Shown here one piece after another: positions 43,100 to 57,680 of a stretch of 64,000 nt of DNA. This stretch comes from the human T2T-CHM13v2.0 reference genome, Homo sapiens, in assembly GCF_009914755.1 (NCBI RefSeq), contig NC_060926.1; one strand, 5' to 3'. Made by a program: the position numbers and the translations under genes. The notes beneath the pieces are model-generated. The model was not told the origin of the DNA. It searched no databases and worked only from the letters and a program-made list of their open reading frames with translations. Numbering within the stretch: position 1 is the first letter of the stretch; each line of letters begins with the position of its first letter.

Positions 43100-43339
43100 A
43101 TAATACAAACTTAAGAAGCAATACAGTTTAACAGCTATTTACATAGCATTTACATTGTATTATTAGGTTGGTGCAGAAGTAATTGTGGTTTTACCATTAA
43201 TATTATAAGTAATCTAGAGATGATTTAAAGTATACAGGAGAAGGTACATAAGTTATATGCAAATAATACACTATTTTATATAAGGGATTTGAGTATCCAA
43301 GGATTTTGGTATGAGGGGTGTCCTGGAGCCAATCTCTCA
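42980..43339. mobile_element. MER2 (Tigger) element containing an A/(TA)n tract and a half MADE1 (43161-43199)
   Basis: MER2 motifs (tatttacatagcatttacattgtatt, aagtaatctagagatgatttaaagtatac); Hsmar TIR TTAGGTTGGTGCA. Confidence 0.8.
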
Positions 43340-43752
43340 TGAACACTGAGGGGAGACTATATTGCCTAAAATTACCAAGTTATAGGAGGATTCGGACAAG
43401 TTTAATTAAGAGACTGTTTTTATCACTGAGCTCTAAGCCAATAACTGGTATCAGAAATCCAATTAATATATTTAGTCTGCTCAACGAGAGAGCAGAATTT
43501 ACCTACCATGTGAATTTACTCACACTAAGCCCTGAGCTCCATGAGGACAAGAACCATGTCTGACTCAAGGCTGTATCCACAGCACATTTCTTCTGTAGAC
43601 AGTAGCTAAAGTCACCTGTCTGAGTAAGGACTAAACACAATGCAGTCATTTTAATGAGCCTTTTTCTTTACTAAAATCTGATTCTATCTTTATCATGTAT
43701 GGGTTCTACATTCCAACTGTATCACTTTGATTTTCATTCTAGAAATGCTGTT

Positions 43753-44081
43753 TGCTAACAGTCTGAAATGTTGGTGTCCCACCAAAATACCTGTGTTGAT
43801 ACCTAATGCCCAAGGTTATTAAGAGGTGGGTCTTGGGAGGTGCCTATGTGGGTGGGATTTGTGCCCTTGTAAAAGAGGTCTGAAGAAGCTTGTTTGTCCC
43901 TTTTGCCACGTGAGGACACAGCAAGAAGGCACCATCTATGAGAAAAGGGCCCTCACCAGACACCAAATCTGCTGGTGCCCTGGACTTCCTAATCTCCAGA
44001 ACTGTGAGCAATAAATTTCTGTTGTTTATACATTACCCAGTCTAAGGTCTTTTGTTAGAGAAGTCCAAACGGACTAAGACA
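43753..44081 (+). mobile_element. MLT1A-type solo LTR
   Basis: TG...CA termini; 5-bp TSD CTGTT (43748-43752 and 44082-44086); AATAAA near 3' end. Confidence 0.88.
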
Positions 44082-44957
44082 CTGTTCAATAAAATATATC
44101 TACGTGTTTTAACTTTCAGCAAGAAAATTATAGTATATGAAATACTTTATATCTCGGCATAGGCCTTAAAAATATAGTGTGTATAGATGCATAGGTCAAA
44201 AACCCTGCTTTCATATCAAATCACAAAGTAAAACTCAACCTTATGTTGAATGCAAGATGTATACCTAAAATCAAGTGATTCAGGAAAGCTGAAAATAAAA
44301 GGACAAAGGTATAGCAGGCAGGTGCAAACAAAAAAAAAAAATAGGTGTCACAATCTCAATATGAGACAATGTAGAATTCAGACCAACTATATTTAAAAAG
44401 GTAAGGAGGTCACTTCATAATGCTACAGGGCAGTGCTACTCAAACTAGTCTGGGACCTGTGCAGGTAAACAAACTGTTACCAGTTCAATCAGGTAAGTAT
44501 GGAGATTGAGAGTAAGTATTTAGATACTTTAATGGCAACTTGACAATGCTAAGGAAAGCAGTATATATATTTATAGCCCCTACAGCTTATATATTATTAA
44601 CTAACATTTAACATACACTATCTTTTAAAAAGCTTGTCTTTGTGTCACTGATACTTTATTCTCCTGAACTCCCATTAGGTCTTTCACATTCAGAAGAATT
44701 TAAAAATGTGACTGTCAATAGACAATACATAATCTACCATAAATGGTCTCATTTTTTAAAATGCATACTAAAAAACTACCTTTGCTCACTTTGTATCTGT
44801 TTTAATCTCCTAGTCTTCTGGACATATCTTTTTCTTTAAAGTTATTTCATCAACACTAAGCTGCCAGATTTCAGATGCACCGTTATTTTACATGCTAAAA
44901 AATAAAGAAGCCACTACTTAAACTCTAACCTGTTGTTGATTTATGTTAATATGTGCC

Positions 44958-45003
44958 AGGAAGGAAGGGAAGGAGGGAAGGAGGGAGGGAGGGAGGGAGG
45001 GAA
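44958..45003. repeat. (GGAA/GGGA)n purine repeat
   Basis: Direct reading. Confidence 0.9.
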
Positions 45004-46561
45004 GTAAAATATATTAAACAACAAAATGATTATATCTACAATTAAAACTTGAACAGAACTTGGTATTTCTCTACCAAGTTTTCCAAACAAAGGACAGATT
45101 TTCAACACAATTAAGAAGAAAAATCTTAAGCAGAAATTATGACAGTAAAATAATAACTTCATTGGGCCTTGGCTCGTGCCTAAGCCAGGTCCTAGTAAAG
45201 TATCAAAACTGGCAAAGCCTCCTTCACATGCCCTAATCCATGCTTTCATCCACAATTTCTACTCCTTATTCTACTCATTCACACCACCCTGATGACTCAA
45301 CAGCCCCAACCACAGCCTGTGATCTGGTCCTGCTCTTCCAAGCAGTGCTCCTACACCCTGTGACTCAATCTGGATCACACTCCCCATGGGTGTCTGCTTA
45401 AATTGGGCCTCTATAAACATCTTCTGATCCTTGTATACTGCTCTCCTCTATTTTCCCATAACATCAACTTTGCTACAGAAATTATCACACAACTCTTAAA
45501 ACTGTATGCACCTCATTTGAACGCCTCTTCCCGCCTCCACTTCCTTGAGAGCAGGAAATATCATACTCATCTGCGTAGTCTCCACACACCTAGCAGTCCC
45601 TTACAAGAAACTTACTGAACTGGGTTTCCCTTCCCCAAAAACTTTCCACTTCAACATTTATCTGTCCCACATCTCACCTTGGGCCTTACTCTCTATGAAT
45701 TAGCACAGATTGGCTTGTGTAAGTGAATTACTGCTCACCATTAGGACGGATCATGTTTTAAGTAACAGTTTTTGTTTTTGAATAATGATGCCTTAGCCCA
45801 AAGGATTACATAATGATGGAATTTTTAGGCATCATGACAGGCCACGGAAGGAGCTGTTATGAACCAGGCAGGACTCAGTACCAACTCACTTGGTCCTTCC
45901 ACAAATTCCATCAAAATCCTCACAGTGTAGGGGTTGAAGGTACTATACAGGAATTCTCTTACAAGAGCCGGGTTATATACTCTGCTCATAAAGATCAATT
46001 TTGCTACAACTTGATGTAGGGTCTTGAATGTTAATATTTTTACAGAATAGGTTAATGAGTATGGTACAAAGAGACTGCAAGCCACACTTAGGTATAACTT
46101 TCTAACCAGATCACTAATTATATATTTGAGTTTTCAAACAATGTAGGGTAATCATATTAGTTTCTACTTATTATGTGAATGCTTAAGCTTAAAGTCAAAT
46201 GTTTTAAGTAAGAGCATTTTAGGTCCTATTTGAAAAGTAAATTGCTTCAGTGCTAAAAGTTTTTGATAAACTTCAGTAATTCGTTTTTTTTCCTAAAAAA
46301 AGGAATGAAAAAGACTGTCAATGAAAAATGCCATGTTCAAATGGACATACAGGGACTCAAAACAAATTTTTTTAAAGATTACTTGTAAGTCAATACTCAC
46401 AAGATATGAAATCTCTGAGAAAAAAATGCTTCTTGGGAAAACTTATTATGAGAACATTAACTATCAACTCACCACAGTATGAAATAAATTTTCACCATAA
46501 AACGCCACCTTATGACCAAGAGAGGATTATATACACTTTCCTAAGCAGAGGAAACTACAAC

Positions 46562-46634
46562 CTTTATTCTCTTCTGAGGTGCCTTCTTCTGAAGTTTTTT
46601 TTTCCAGCACAATTCCAGAAAAATCTGTAATTAT
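46562..46634 (-). CDS. GTF3C3: GTF3C3 exon 8 (IITDFSG...SEENK)
   Basis: tag|ATA acceptor, AAAG|gttgta donor; 73 nt. Confidence 0.94.
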
Positions 46635-47125
46635 CTAAAAGAATGGGAAAGAAGAAAGGAAATAAAATATGTGTGAAAAACCATTTCATAATGCAAAGAT
46701 TTGTACAGTTATTTCAAATAATCCCTAATATAAAGTTGGGCTATAAAAAGAAAGAGTCTTTTAAAAATGAGAAACCCTGTGACACATTAACATTTTAATA
46801 TCCTATTAACTAATGCAAACTCAATGTATATAACTTCTTTATATCAAACCAACCTACTTTCCCCCAACCAGCTTAAGAACTAAATCACAGCAATTCATCT
46901 GACTGTTGAGTCCTACTACCCTGAAGTACAGACATACTTAGCACCTGTGACAATGGCAATATTTTTTATTATGTAACTACACTTCATATTTCATACTGAA
47001 TTGCTACAGAATCTAGAAATCACTTGTTTCCATATAGACTTTAAATATATACATAATTTAACTAAAACGAAGAACTGCCAATTTTTAAGAATTTCCAGAA
47101 CACAGAAACACATAAGCATTCCTAC

Positions 47126-47273
47126 CTCCAAAGCTTTGTCATACTGTTTGTTAGAAATATATAGTTCAGCTGCTATGTTAACATCTTCCATGGAGACTAG
47201 GCCCTGGTGTTTTGAGAAAGCTTCATCAATTATGTTAATAGCAGAAGTAACATCATTGGCTTCATAGTAACTC
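47126..47273 (-). CDS. GTF3C3: GTF3C3 exon 7 (SYYEAND...YDKALE)
   Basis: tag|G acceptor, GAG|gtagga donor; 148 nt. Confidence 0.96.
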
Positions 47274-47499
47274 CTAAAAAAAAGTGGCAAAATGGATGAA
47301 TATTTACTTAATTCCAATTATAAAACTCATTTCCTTGCTTAGGCTATCTAACAATGAACAGTGATTTTCATTTTCTTAGAATTTGAGAGGAATGTGTATT
47401 TCCTTAAAATCGTAATCAGAACTGATCCAGAAAAAATGTGCAAAGTCAGTAAAACAGTGTCATAATTTCAAGCATCTCACTCTCCAAATGCTACCTCCT

Positions 47500-49545
47500 A
47501 TCATTCCAGCTCATTCCCTATGTAATCCAATACCAACTCTTCTACCTCAACAGATCTACAAAGCATAGGTCCTACCACTTTTTCACTATTGCCTACACCC
47601 CGCCTGGGCTCACTTTCTTCCTTCTCCATGGCCCAACGTTATAGCTATTCCTTTGCATACATCCTCAGTTCTCTTGCCCTGCACTCTCTTGATCAAAATC
47701 ACTCAATAAAACTCCAAGCCTGGTTAAAATCCAACTATATCTACTCTTCACCACCACCTGCCCAGCTGACCATGTTGACTGGTCTCACTCTAAACTGATG
47801 ACCAATAGCCTCAAGCAGGTCCATGGTACTGATGAGCAGTATTACTACAGTTACCTATTTCAGTACTTCTCAAACCTAAATAAGCCTATGGACCAACTGG
47901 CTATCTTGTAAAAACGCATATTCGGATCCAGTAGAGCTGGGGCAGGCCTGAGATCCTGCATTTCTGACAAGCTTCCAGGTGATACAAATACTGCCAGTCT
48001 GTGGGGCAGTAATGTCCTAGACAACTATTGACATCTCTCTCTTTTCAAACCTCCAGCAGTCTCCCAGTCCCCACTCTCAGTTGATGGCCTTGCTTGACAT
48101 TTTTACCAAGAAAAGAGAATTAAATCAGAACATCCCACATATTTCCAGCACATCTACCTACTTACCAGTATCTTTGGCCATATCATCTGCCTTCCCCTTT
48201 ATCAAGGATAAATAATTGTATACATGAAAATAACCCCTAGTTTGATCCCATTCCCTATGATCTACTTAAGGATATTGCTCAGGCAATTGTCTCTTCCCTC
48301 ACAAATCTTCAACGTGTCCCTCAATTTTTGATTACTCCCATCTAAATAAAGATAAATGGTAATTTTTCCCAACTTAAAAAATTCTCCCACCCCTACAACC
48401 CATTCCTCTGCTCCCCTTGCAAATTCCCCCAAAGTTGTCCATCCCCCATACCGTCTCCAATGCCTCTTTCCATTCTCTTTTTAACCTAATCCAATCAACT
48501 TTTCCTCTCCCCATTCTGCCAATATTTCCAATCTCCTTGTTACTAAATCTGTCAATTCTCAGTGCTCATTTTACGTGATCTATCTGCAATATCTCACACA
48601 GATGATCATCCCTCCTACTTGAAGTTCTTTCTTCAATTAAATTCTAGAACATCATGCTGTTCTCAGTTTCCTGCTACTTCACTGGCCATTTTCTTTTAGT
48701 CTCCCAGCTGTTTCTTCTTCTTTCTGATTTCTAAACATTGAAGTGCCTTAGGGTTCAGTCCTCTATACCCTGTCCACCTCCCCAACCCACCCCTCATATT
48801 CAATACATCAGAAAATCTTGAGAGCTCAGCCTTCAAAATACATACATAATCTGATTACTTCGTACCAGTTCCTGCTGCTTCCATCCTGGTCCACGTTACC
48901 ATTTTCCCTTCTATGTATCACTACAGTAATTTCCTAACTGGTCTCCATGCTTCTGCCCTTCCACTGTTCAATCTATTCTCAAAAGAGCAGCCAGAATTGA
49001 TGCACTTAAAATTTAAGTCAGACCATGTCACTTTTCTACTCAAAATCTTCCAGTGACTTCCATACTCATTCAGAATAAAAGCCAAAGCCCTTACAATAGC
49101 CCAAAAGGGCTAAATGATCTATTCCTGATACCTCTCTGCACTGCTCCCCTTAATTCTTCAGCTTCCCTAACCATACTTTGCACTTCCTGTTTCCTTTACC
49201 TGTGATACTCTTCCCTGAATATCTGTTCTCGTACCTACTTCAGTTCACCTTTAGTCAGTATGACCATAATACAGAGAATTATGTCCTTCTCTAACCAGTC
49301 TATCTTAAAATAACACACCCCCACCACATACCTCAAATTCCTATCCCTTTTTCCTGCTTTGTTTTTCTTCATATCACTTATCAACATCTGATGTACTATA
49401 TATTTAGCTGTTTATTTATTGCCTATGTCTCCCACTGAAATGTAAGCTTTACAAGAGTAGGGGATTTTTAAAACTTGTTCAATAGTGGATACCCTGGTCT
49501 CCTGTATAGTACCTAGTGCCAAAGATATATTCAATAATATTTCTG
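47500..49545 (+). mobile_element. L2 remnant, with MER5A-like insertion at ~47860-48010
   Basis: Pyrimidine-rich L2 ORF2/3' motifs (ctcccactgaaatgtaagct; ctaactggtctcc); MER5 motif gatcctgcatttctgacaagct; boundaries approximate. Confidence 0.7.
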
Positions 49546-50467
49546 GAGGGAAAGCAGGGACCAAAGGGAAAGCCTAAACAGAAGTTACAGTGATAGAATT
49601 CCACATAGGAAAGACCTCAATGGCAGTGGCAGAACTGACAATCATCACTCTTTCCCAAAAAAGTATTATATCTAATAGAAGTGGAAAACCAATTTACTAT
49701 CATAGGCCACCTAACATTTCACAAAGTCAAAGGCTACTGGACTAACCACTGTGACAGCTATAGATTTAACTAACAGCAAATAACCTGGGAAGACCCTCAG
49801 TGCTCATTGTATTCCATCAGAGATCAACTTAGGGTTGCCTTGCCTCAACAAATTTCCTAGAAATGTTTTCTAGTAGTCCTATGTAACCCACCCCTGGGAG
49901 GGTAAGGGACAGTTTCACAGCTAAGCATCATTGTGATAAAGGCCATGGAATTAATAGGGTCACCCCTAATGTACCCTGATGGAGATGGTTACTCCTAGAA
50001 CAAAATATCATATGGTATCTCTAGAATGGAAAGCATATCACAAGGCATTACTCAGCAAAAATGTTTCCTACTTTGTTTTGCTGCGCAGCATACCAGAGAA
50101 GTAAATGCAGTAGGGCATATTTTAGAATAAAATATATACCACAGTCAATAATGTGCCAACTGTAAAAGAGAATTTTTATAGTCTTAAAATATTATATACT
50201 GGCTCAAGATAAAATAATAGAAGATCCCAAATCATTAACATTTCACTGGCACATCTGCAATAAAAAATAATTTTTTAATTATTGCAAATATACACACTTT
50301 TGACTAAGTTTGGAAACCTGAGAACCTACTCTTCCTTTTAGGACATGTCCCATTTTTAAGCCTCTGAGCACTTGAAATGTAACCTTATATACACAATTTT
50401 CTAAGCAATGACACAGTTGACTTGGAAACAGAAAAGTACTGAAAATTCGGTACAATCTAAAATACAG

Positions 50468-50770
50468 GGCTGGGCACGGTGGCTCATATGTGTAATCCTA
50501 GCATTTTGGGAGGCCAAAGCAAAAGAAATGCTTGAGGTCAGGAGTTCGAGACCAGCCTGAACAACACAGCAAGACCCTGTCTCTACAAAAAAAAATTAAA
50601 AATTAGCCGGGTGTGGTGGCGTGCACCTACAATCCCAGCTATTTGGGAGGCTGGGTGAGAGGATCACTTGAGCTCAGAAGTTCACGGCTGCAGTGAACTA
50701 TAAACATGCCATTATACTCCAGCCTGGGTGACAGAGCAAGACCCTGTCTCAATAAACAAAACAATAAAAC
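50468..50770 (+). mobile_element. AluJ-like element
   Basis: Full dimer. Confidence 0.92.
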
Positions 50771-50888
50771 ACATAAGGCAAAACACTTCTTGAACTTCAA
50801 TGAAAAGTACATTCTATTCCAAATATATGCTTTGATTTGCAAAACAAGATTAACAGGAGCAAGTAGATCTGTTTCACTCCAAACTTAC

Positions 50889-51054
50889 TTTGCCATATCT
50901 CTAGCCAGCTGCATAAAACGTTCGCCATCAGATGGAGACAAAAGGTTTAAAATACGCCTATAACCATCCATGGCCATTTTATGATCACCCATCTGTTCAT
51001 AAAGGCTTGATCGCTCCCACAGATAACGGACATTAGTAGGTTCATATTTAAGAG
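50889..51054 (-). CDS. GTF3C3: GTF3C3 exon 6 (ALKYEPTN...ARDMAK)
   Basis: tag|CT acceptor, AA|gtaagt donor; 166 nt. Confidence 0.96.
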
Positions 51055-51563
51055 CTAAAAAGAAAGAAATACAAATTATTTACCACAAAAAGGGGTGCAT
51101 GGTACCTGGGTGTGATCCATCATCTCAGAAAATTTAATAAGCAAACTAATCCATCAAATGGAACCAAGGGAGTTATTCTGAATAAATCTATATTCACAGG
51201 AACTCTTGACTAGGTTTGATGTAAGAGCAGATAGAATCTGAATCTCAACAGTAATCTTCTTAATGTGGTCAATCTAGTCTGATGTTAATCCTCAAGGAAC
51301 AGCTTAGAACCAACACTGATCTTAGTGAGAAACTGAAGGTACTGTTCATCTACCAACTTTCGTGTTGTATTATCTCACAACATTCAAAAAGTCCCTGATA
51401 AACATGAGAACAGAGGAACCCCAAATACTTACCTCTAGAGCAACACACAATAGAAACAAATTTATCTCAGCCAATATCACACCCCAGAATAGCAAATACA
51501 ATGATCAAAAAACCTATTATGTAACAGCTTGTAAAAGTGAAAAAAAAAAAAAATTTTAATTAC

Positions 51564-51755
51564 CTTTTGTATAGCAAAAAATAGCCTGCTTAATATTGTC
51601 TTGTTCCAGAGACATTTCTGCCAGTCTAACCCATTCTTCTGTGTCACTGGGATTTAAATGCGCAGCAATCAACTCAAACTGCAATGATTTTTCCATGTCA
51701 CCTTGGTCCTCATATATCATGGCTAGAGTAGAGAATGGCTCATAAGCCAGAGGAG
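51564..51755 (-). CDS. GTF3C3: GTF3C3 exon 5 (APLAYEPF...IFCYTK)
   Basis: tag|CT acceptor, AAAG|gtaatt donor; 192 nt; TPR motifs. Confidence 0.96.
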
Positions 51756-53021
51756 CTATAACAAATTAAAAAAATAAATTCCATTGGCTGAGAGAAGAGG
51801 CTTGAGTTGATGTCCATCCCATGGTTCAAACTGTATGTCTTTTTTTTAAATACCTAAACTCTTCAAATCACTCTAGCAGAATTATACAAACTGCTTAAGG
51901 CAAGTTGAAATAAATGCTAGATTATATCTGCTTTATTTTCATACATTTTTAGCATTTTTAAAGCAGTTTTCTCTAAGCAAGGTATAATTTCATGAAAAAT
52001 CCTAATCTCTACCACTTCTTCCTCATGAAAATCCCCCTTTGCTCAGGATAAACATGGCTCAATATCAGCAAGTTCATCCTAATAAACACCAGCCACATCA
52101 GTGGGGTTGAATCTTCATGATTTAGCTCCCACACCAAGGAGTATGGTATGAATGAACAGATGATACCTAAGCAGCAGCTAAACGGATATCAAAGTGACTG
52201 GCTAATCTACATTTCTGAAATACTGTTTCTGAAACAAAATTCAAAGATTATGAAGTATTAAAGTCAAAGATTTTTGTCAAGAACAATTATAAACTAAAAT
52301 AAAGGAACAAATAATATTGGAAAGTAGGAACCAAATGAAATATACTAAAGGAAAAAGTCTGTTTAATCTTAAGCAGTAGCCTCAAATTACCCTAATGAAT
52401 AATCCAGGAAATTATAATAAGACTTCTAAAAGGACCCTAGTCTAACCAAAAAGAAATGCCAAACTATTGAAAAGATAAAAGTTCACTGTATTACAGCTAT
52501 CCAAACCACTCTGCAGAGCATAATTTGGCAAAACATCAAGGAAACAAAACAATAAATATAAGTAATTAGTTAAAAAAAAATCACACTGAAGATATCATTT
52601 AATATGTCCAAGATACACCATTTAACTGAGAGATAAGATGACAAGTTTAAACTGTCTTTTACCAAAAAAATAGAGTAACATAATCTAGTACTGCATGATC
52701 TAGAAAAGAAAAGGAAAAAAGAAAGCTCTTCAAGTGGCTTTAACATAATATATTTGCCATACTGACAATTCAAAAGTCTAAATCTCTCAACTGAAACATT
52801 AGAAAAAAAAAGTAACAGTGAAATTCAACAAATATTAATGACATCTCATTGACTCATACTCTGAGATTTTCATTTTCTTGTGAAAAGTGGCAATTACCAT
52901 TACCACAATCACCCTTAAGCTTCTGAACATATTTTCCAAATAGTACTGTGAAGTGCTCCCCCATTTGTTTTAAGTCAGACTATTAAACTGCTATTATTAA
53001 CAAAGTCCCCACAGAAAACAC

Positions 53022-53145
53022 CTTGTCTTATGATTTCCATGCACATCAATATCGCCTCTTCACGTTCTCCTCGAGCAAAACGAATGTTGGCTTCACCCAT
53101 GAGACCTCTCAGAGCTCTGGGAAGTTTACTCCGAGGCCTTTTCTC
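53022..53145 (-). CDS. GTF3C3: GTF3C3 exon 4 (EKRPRSKLP...MEIIRQ)
   Basis: cag|GAG acceptor, CAAG|gtgttt donor; 124 nt. Confidence 0.96.
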
Positions 53146-53283
53146 CTGTATGGAAGAAAAATGACATTTAGATTAAAATATAGTGAAGTCTTAGATTTCA
53201 ATTCCAGCCATATTAATAAATATAGCATATAATGAAACTGAAATTTTCCTTTAAAAATTTTCAGTTTTTGCAACCCAGAACTA

Positions 53284-53638
<355 letters not shown>

Positions 53639-53854
53639 GTCTAAAACTCAATTGCAGGAAAAAAAAAAAGTGGTCAGAAGTTACTAAATTACTAATTAGA
53701 ATAATAACAAATGTAGAGCTGGATGCTGCAAAATGCATTTATATTCCAGAATTATGATGTAATTTACTGAAGATCCCCCTTCTTTCAAATTTATCCACTC
53801 AAAATGAACTTGTTTAAAAAAGTATCAAAGGGTTATAGTATGGACACAGACATA

Positions 53855-54158
<304 letters not shown>

Positions 54159-54207
54159 TAATAGCAAAAGCGCAGTCCATTTTGACATAAGCAATAATTA
54201 AGGTTTT

Positions 54208-54461
54208 GTCTGTGTGTCTGTGTGTGTGTTAGATTCTACCTTTCTAGCATTTTTTAAAAAATAAATGGCCCAATTGGTTTAAATGAGCCACTTTGCTTTG
54301 ACTTTATTTATTTATTGTGTTGTACTGTATTTAATTTTTTGAGACAGGGTCTTGTTCTGACACCTAGGCTGAAGTGCTGCAGCCTTGACTTCCCCAGGCT
54401 CAGCTGATCCTACCTCAGCCTCCGGAGCAGCTGGGCTACAGGCACACCACCATGCCCGGCT
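54208..54461 (-). mobile_element. TSD-flanked insert: Alu arm + tail + unique sequence + (CA)n
   Basis: 14-bp direct repeat ATAATTAAGGTTTT at 54194-54207 and 54462-54475. Confidence 0.75.
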
Positions 54462-54640
54462 ATAATTAAGGTTTTACATAAACATTATCTAATAGGAAAC
54501 ATAATAAACAAATAACAATAGTTGTGTCATAGTATTTCCTTTCGTACAGTTTGAATTGTTTCCCAGGTATAACTTACAGACTTCAATTACTATGTCACTT
54601 TCTTCATTGTTTATAAATACCAAAATAAGTAAAAATTTAC

Positions 54641-54837
54641 TTTCATCATTTTCTTGGTTTCACGATTGAGAACCATCTCCAATACAAATACATCGCCCGC
54701 AGTGGGTTGCTCAGGTGTTTCTTCCTCCTCCTCCTCCTCCTCCTCTTCTTCCTCTTCCTCCTCATCATCTTCATTCTCTCCAAGCATGGAAGCAAAGACC
54801 TTGTGAACTGACTTCCTCACTCCATCTGATGTTTCTC
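54641..54837 (-). CDS. GTF3C3: GTF3C3 exon 3 (acidic poly-Glu region, ETSDGV...KKMMK)
   Basis: cag|GA acceptor, AAA|gtaaat donor; 197 nt. Confidence 0.96.
54719..54763 (-). repeat. Coding (GAG/GAA)15 poly-glutamate tract
   Basis: 15 Glu codons including 7 consecutive GAG. Confidence 0.95.
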
Positions 54838-55179
54838 CTGAGAAAAGAGACATTGATGGGGGAGGGGTGGGGAAGCTGCAGAATTCTCAGTGAAAAACAA
54901 GTATTTTCTAAGTATAAATTTTTACCCCAGTAACACCAAATTTGAAAGTAAAAAATAGCAAATGAACACCCTCAAAAACCAAACCAAAGAAGAAAGTTAT
55001 CACAAAGCCATGTATTTTATTATATAGGAACAGCTGACTCATCCTTTAGGCCTCATCCAGATTTACAGGCAAAATTAACTGAAAAATCAGAAGCACACAC
55101 AATAATACAGAGGAAAAAAAATAGAAGAATTATAAGACATAGACCTAAGAACTAAACAAGCCTAGCAGTACGGAGCCCT

Positions 55180-55440
55180 GGTGGTATACGATAGTGGTTA
55201 AAAGTGAGGGCTCTAGAGCCAAGCTGCCTGGTTCCAAACTTCATCTCCATCTATCACTAGCTGTGCAACCTAGGGGAAATTACTAAAGCTGCTCTATACA
55301 TCAGTTTCTTTTTGCAAAAAGGGTTAATAATAATTTATAGGGCTACTCTGAGGACAAAATGAGTGTGAGTGTGTGTGTGTATATATACACTTAGAATGCC
55401 TAGCATATAGTAAACGCCTATTAAATGCTATTATTAGTAT
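55180..55440 (+). mobile_element. MIR element
   Basis: Motifs agtggttaa.agtg.gggctct and ctagctgtg.aacct; boundaries approximate. Confidence 0.7.
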
Positions 55441-55608
55441 TAAAATAGCTTTATTATTTCAGGAAAAAAATAACATGACATAGTTCATTTGTATCTCAGG
55501 ATACCACCATAGTATAATATAATGATTTTTGAATGTCAATAATTATGACTTTGAATTATCAAGAAAATGTGAAGTGCAGAAGCCAATTTTCTGTTAAAGC
55601 AGAGACAT

Positions 55609-56017
55609 TGCTATGGTTTGAATATCTGTCCCCTCCAAGTCTCATATGGAAATTTAATCCCCAATGTGCGAATATTGAGAGGTCTTTAAGAGGGGACCTT
55701 TAAGAGGGACTGGGTCATGGGGCTGTGCTCTCATGAATAGATTAATCCATTCATGATTTAATGGGTTATCATGGGAGTGGGACTGGTGGCTTTACAAGAA
55801 GAGGAAGACAGACCTGAGCTAGCATGCTCAGCTCCCTCACCATGTGATACCCTACATCGTCTTGGGACTCTGGAGAGTCTCCACAAAGGTCCTCAACAGA
55901 TGCGGTTCCTCTGCCTGGGACTTCTCAGCCTCCCTAACTATAAGAAATAAATTATTTTTCCTTATAAATTACCGAGTTTCAAGTATTCTGTTATAAGCAA
56001 CGGAAAACACAAAGATA
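55609..56017 (+). mobile_element. MSTB-like MaLR solo LTR
   Basis: TGCTATGGTTTGAAT start; 5-bp TSD GACAT at 55604-55608 and 56018-56022. Confidence 0.88.
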
Positions 56018-56078
56018 GACATGTAACATATTTCTAGAAAAGTTCCAACAAAATAGTTAAAATTTTAAGTATATATAG

Positions 56079-57022
<944 letters not shown>

Positions 57023-57199
57023 TGTGTTCAAAAACTCTTACGCATACTCACTTATGTGAAATACTTCAAATGAGATAATCAGTGTTTAATGAAGAATAGA
57101 TTTTAAAAGCTACATGTTCTGAGCAATAAATATTATTTTGAAGTCATAAGGATCATATTCAAGAATTCTGAACATTCAAAATAAAGATGAAAAGAAATG

Positions 57200-57680
57200 T
57201 GTAAAATTTATCAGAGGAACAAAAGAAGAAAAATCGTATGATCCATCCTGATAGAACGAAGCATTTGATAAAATTCAATACCCATTCCTAATAACAATTC
57301 TTAGTCAACTAAAAATGAAAGGGAGTATCTTTTATTTCATGAAGAGTATCTACAAAAATTTTCCACAAACACAGTTGATGGTGAATTACTGAATGTTACT
57401 AAGAATGAGACAAAGTTGCCTACTGCCACCACTTCTGTTCAACATTTTACTGGAGGTCCTAGCCAATGTAATAAGAAACAAAAGGCATAAAGATGGCAAG
57501 GAAAAAATAAAATTATTAAGTCACAGATGACATGATTATATACATAGAAGACCCAAAATAAATCTACATACAAACTATAAGAATAATTTAGCAAGGTTGC
57601 TGAACACAAAGTCAATATATAAAAATTATAGTTTAATATATCAGCAAATGAATTGAAAATGAAATTAAAAGATGATCCTA
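57200..57680 (+). mobile_element. Ancient L1M ORF2 (RT region) fragment
   Basis: Motifs gcatttgataaaattcaata, ctggaggtcctagcca, cacagatgacatgattatata; boundaries approximate. Confidence 0.7.
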
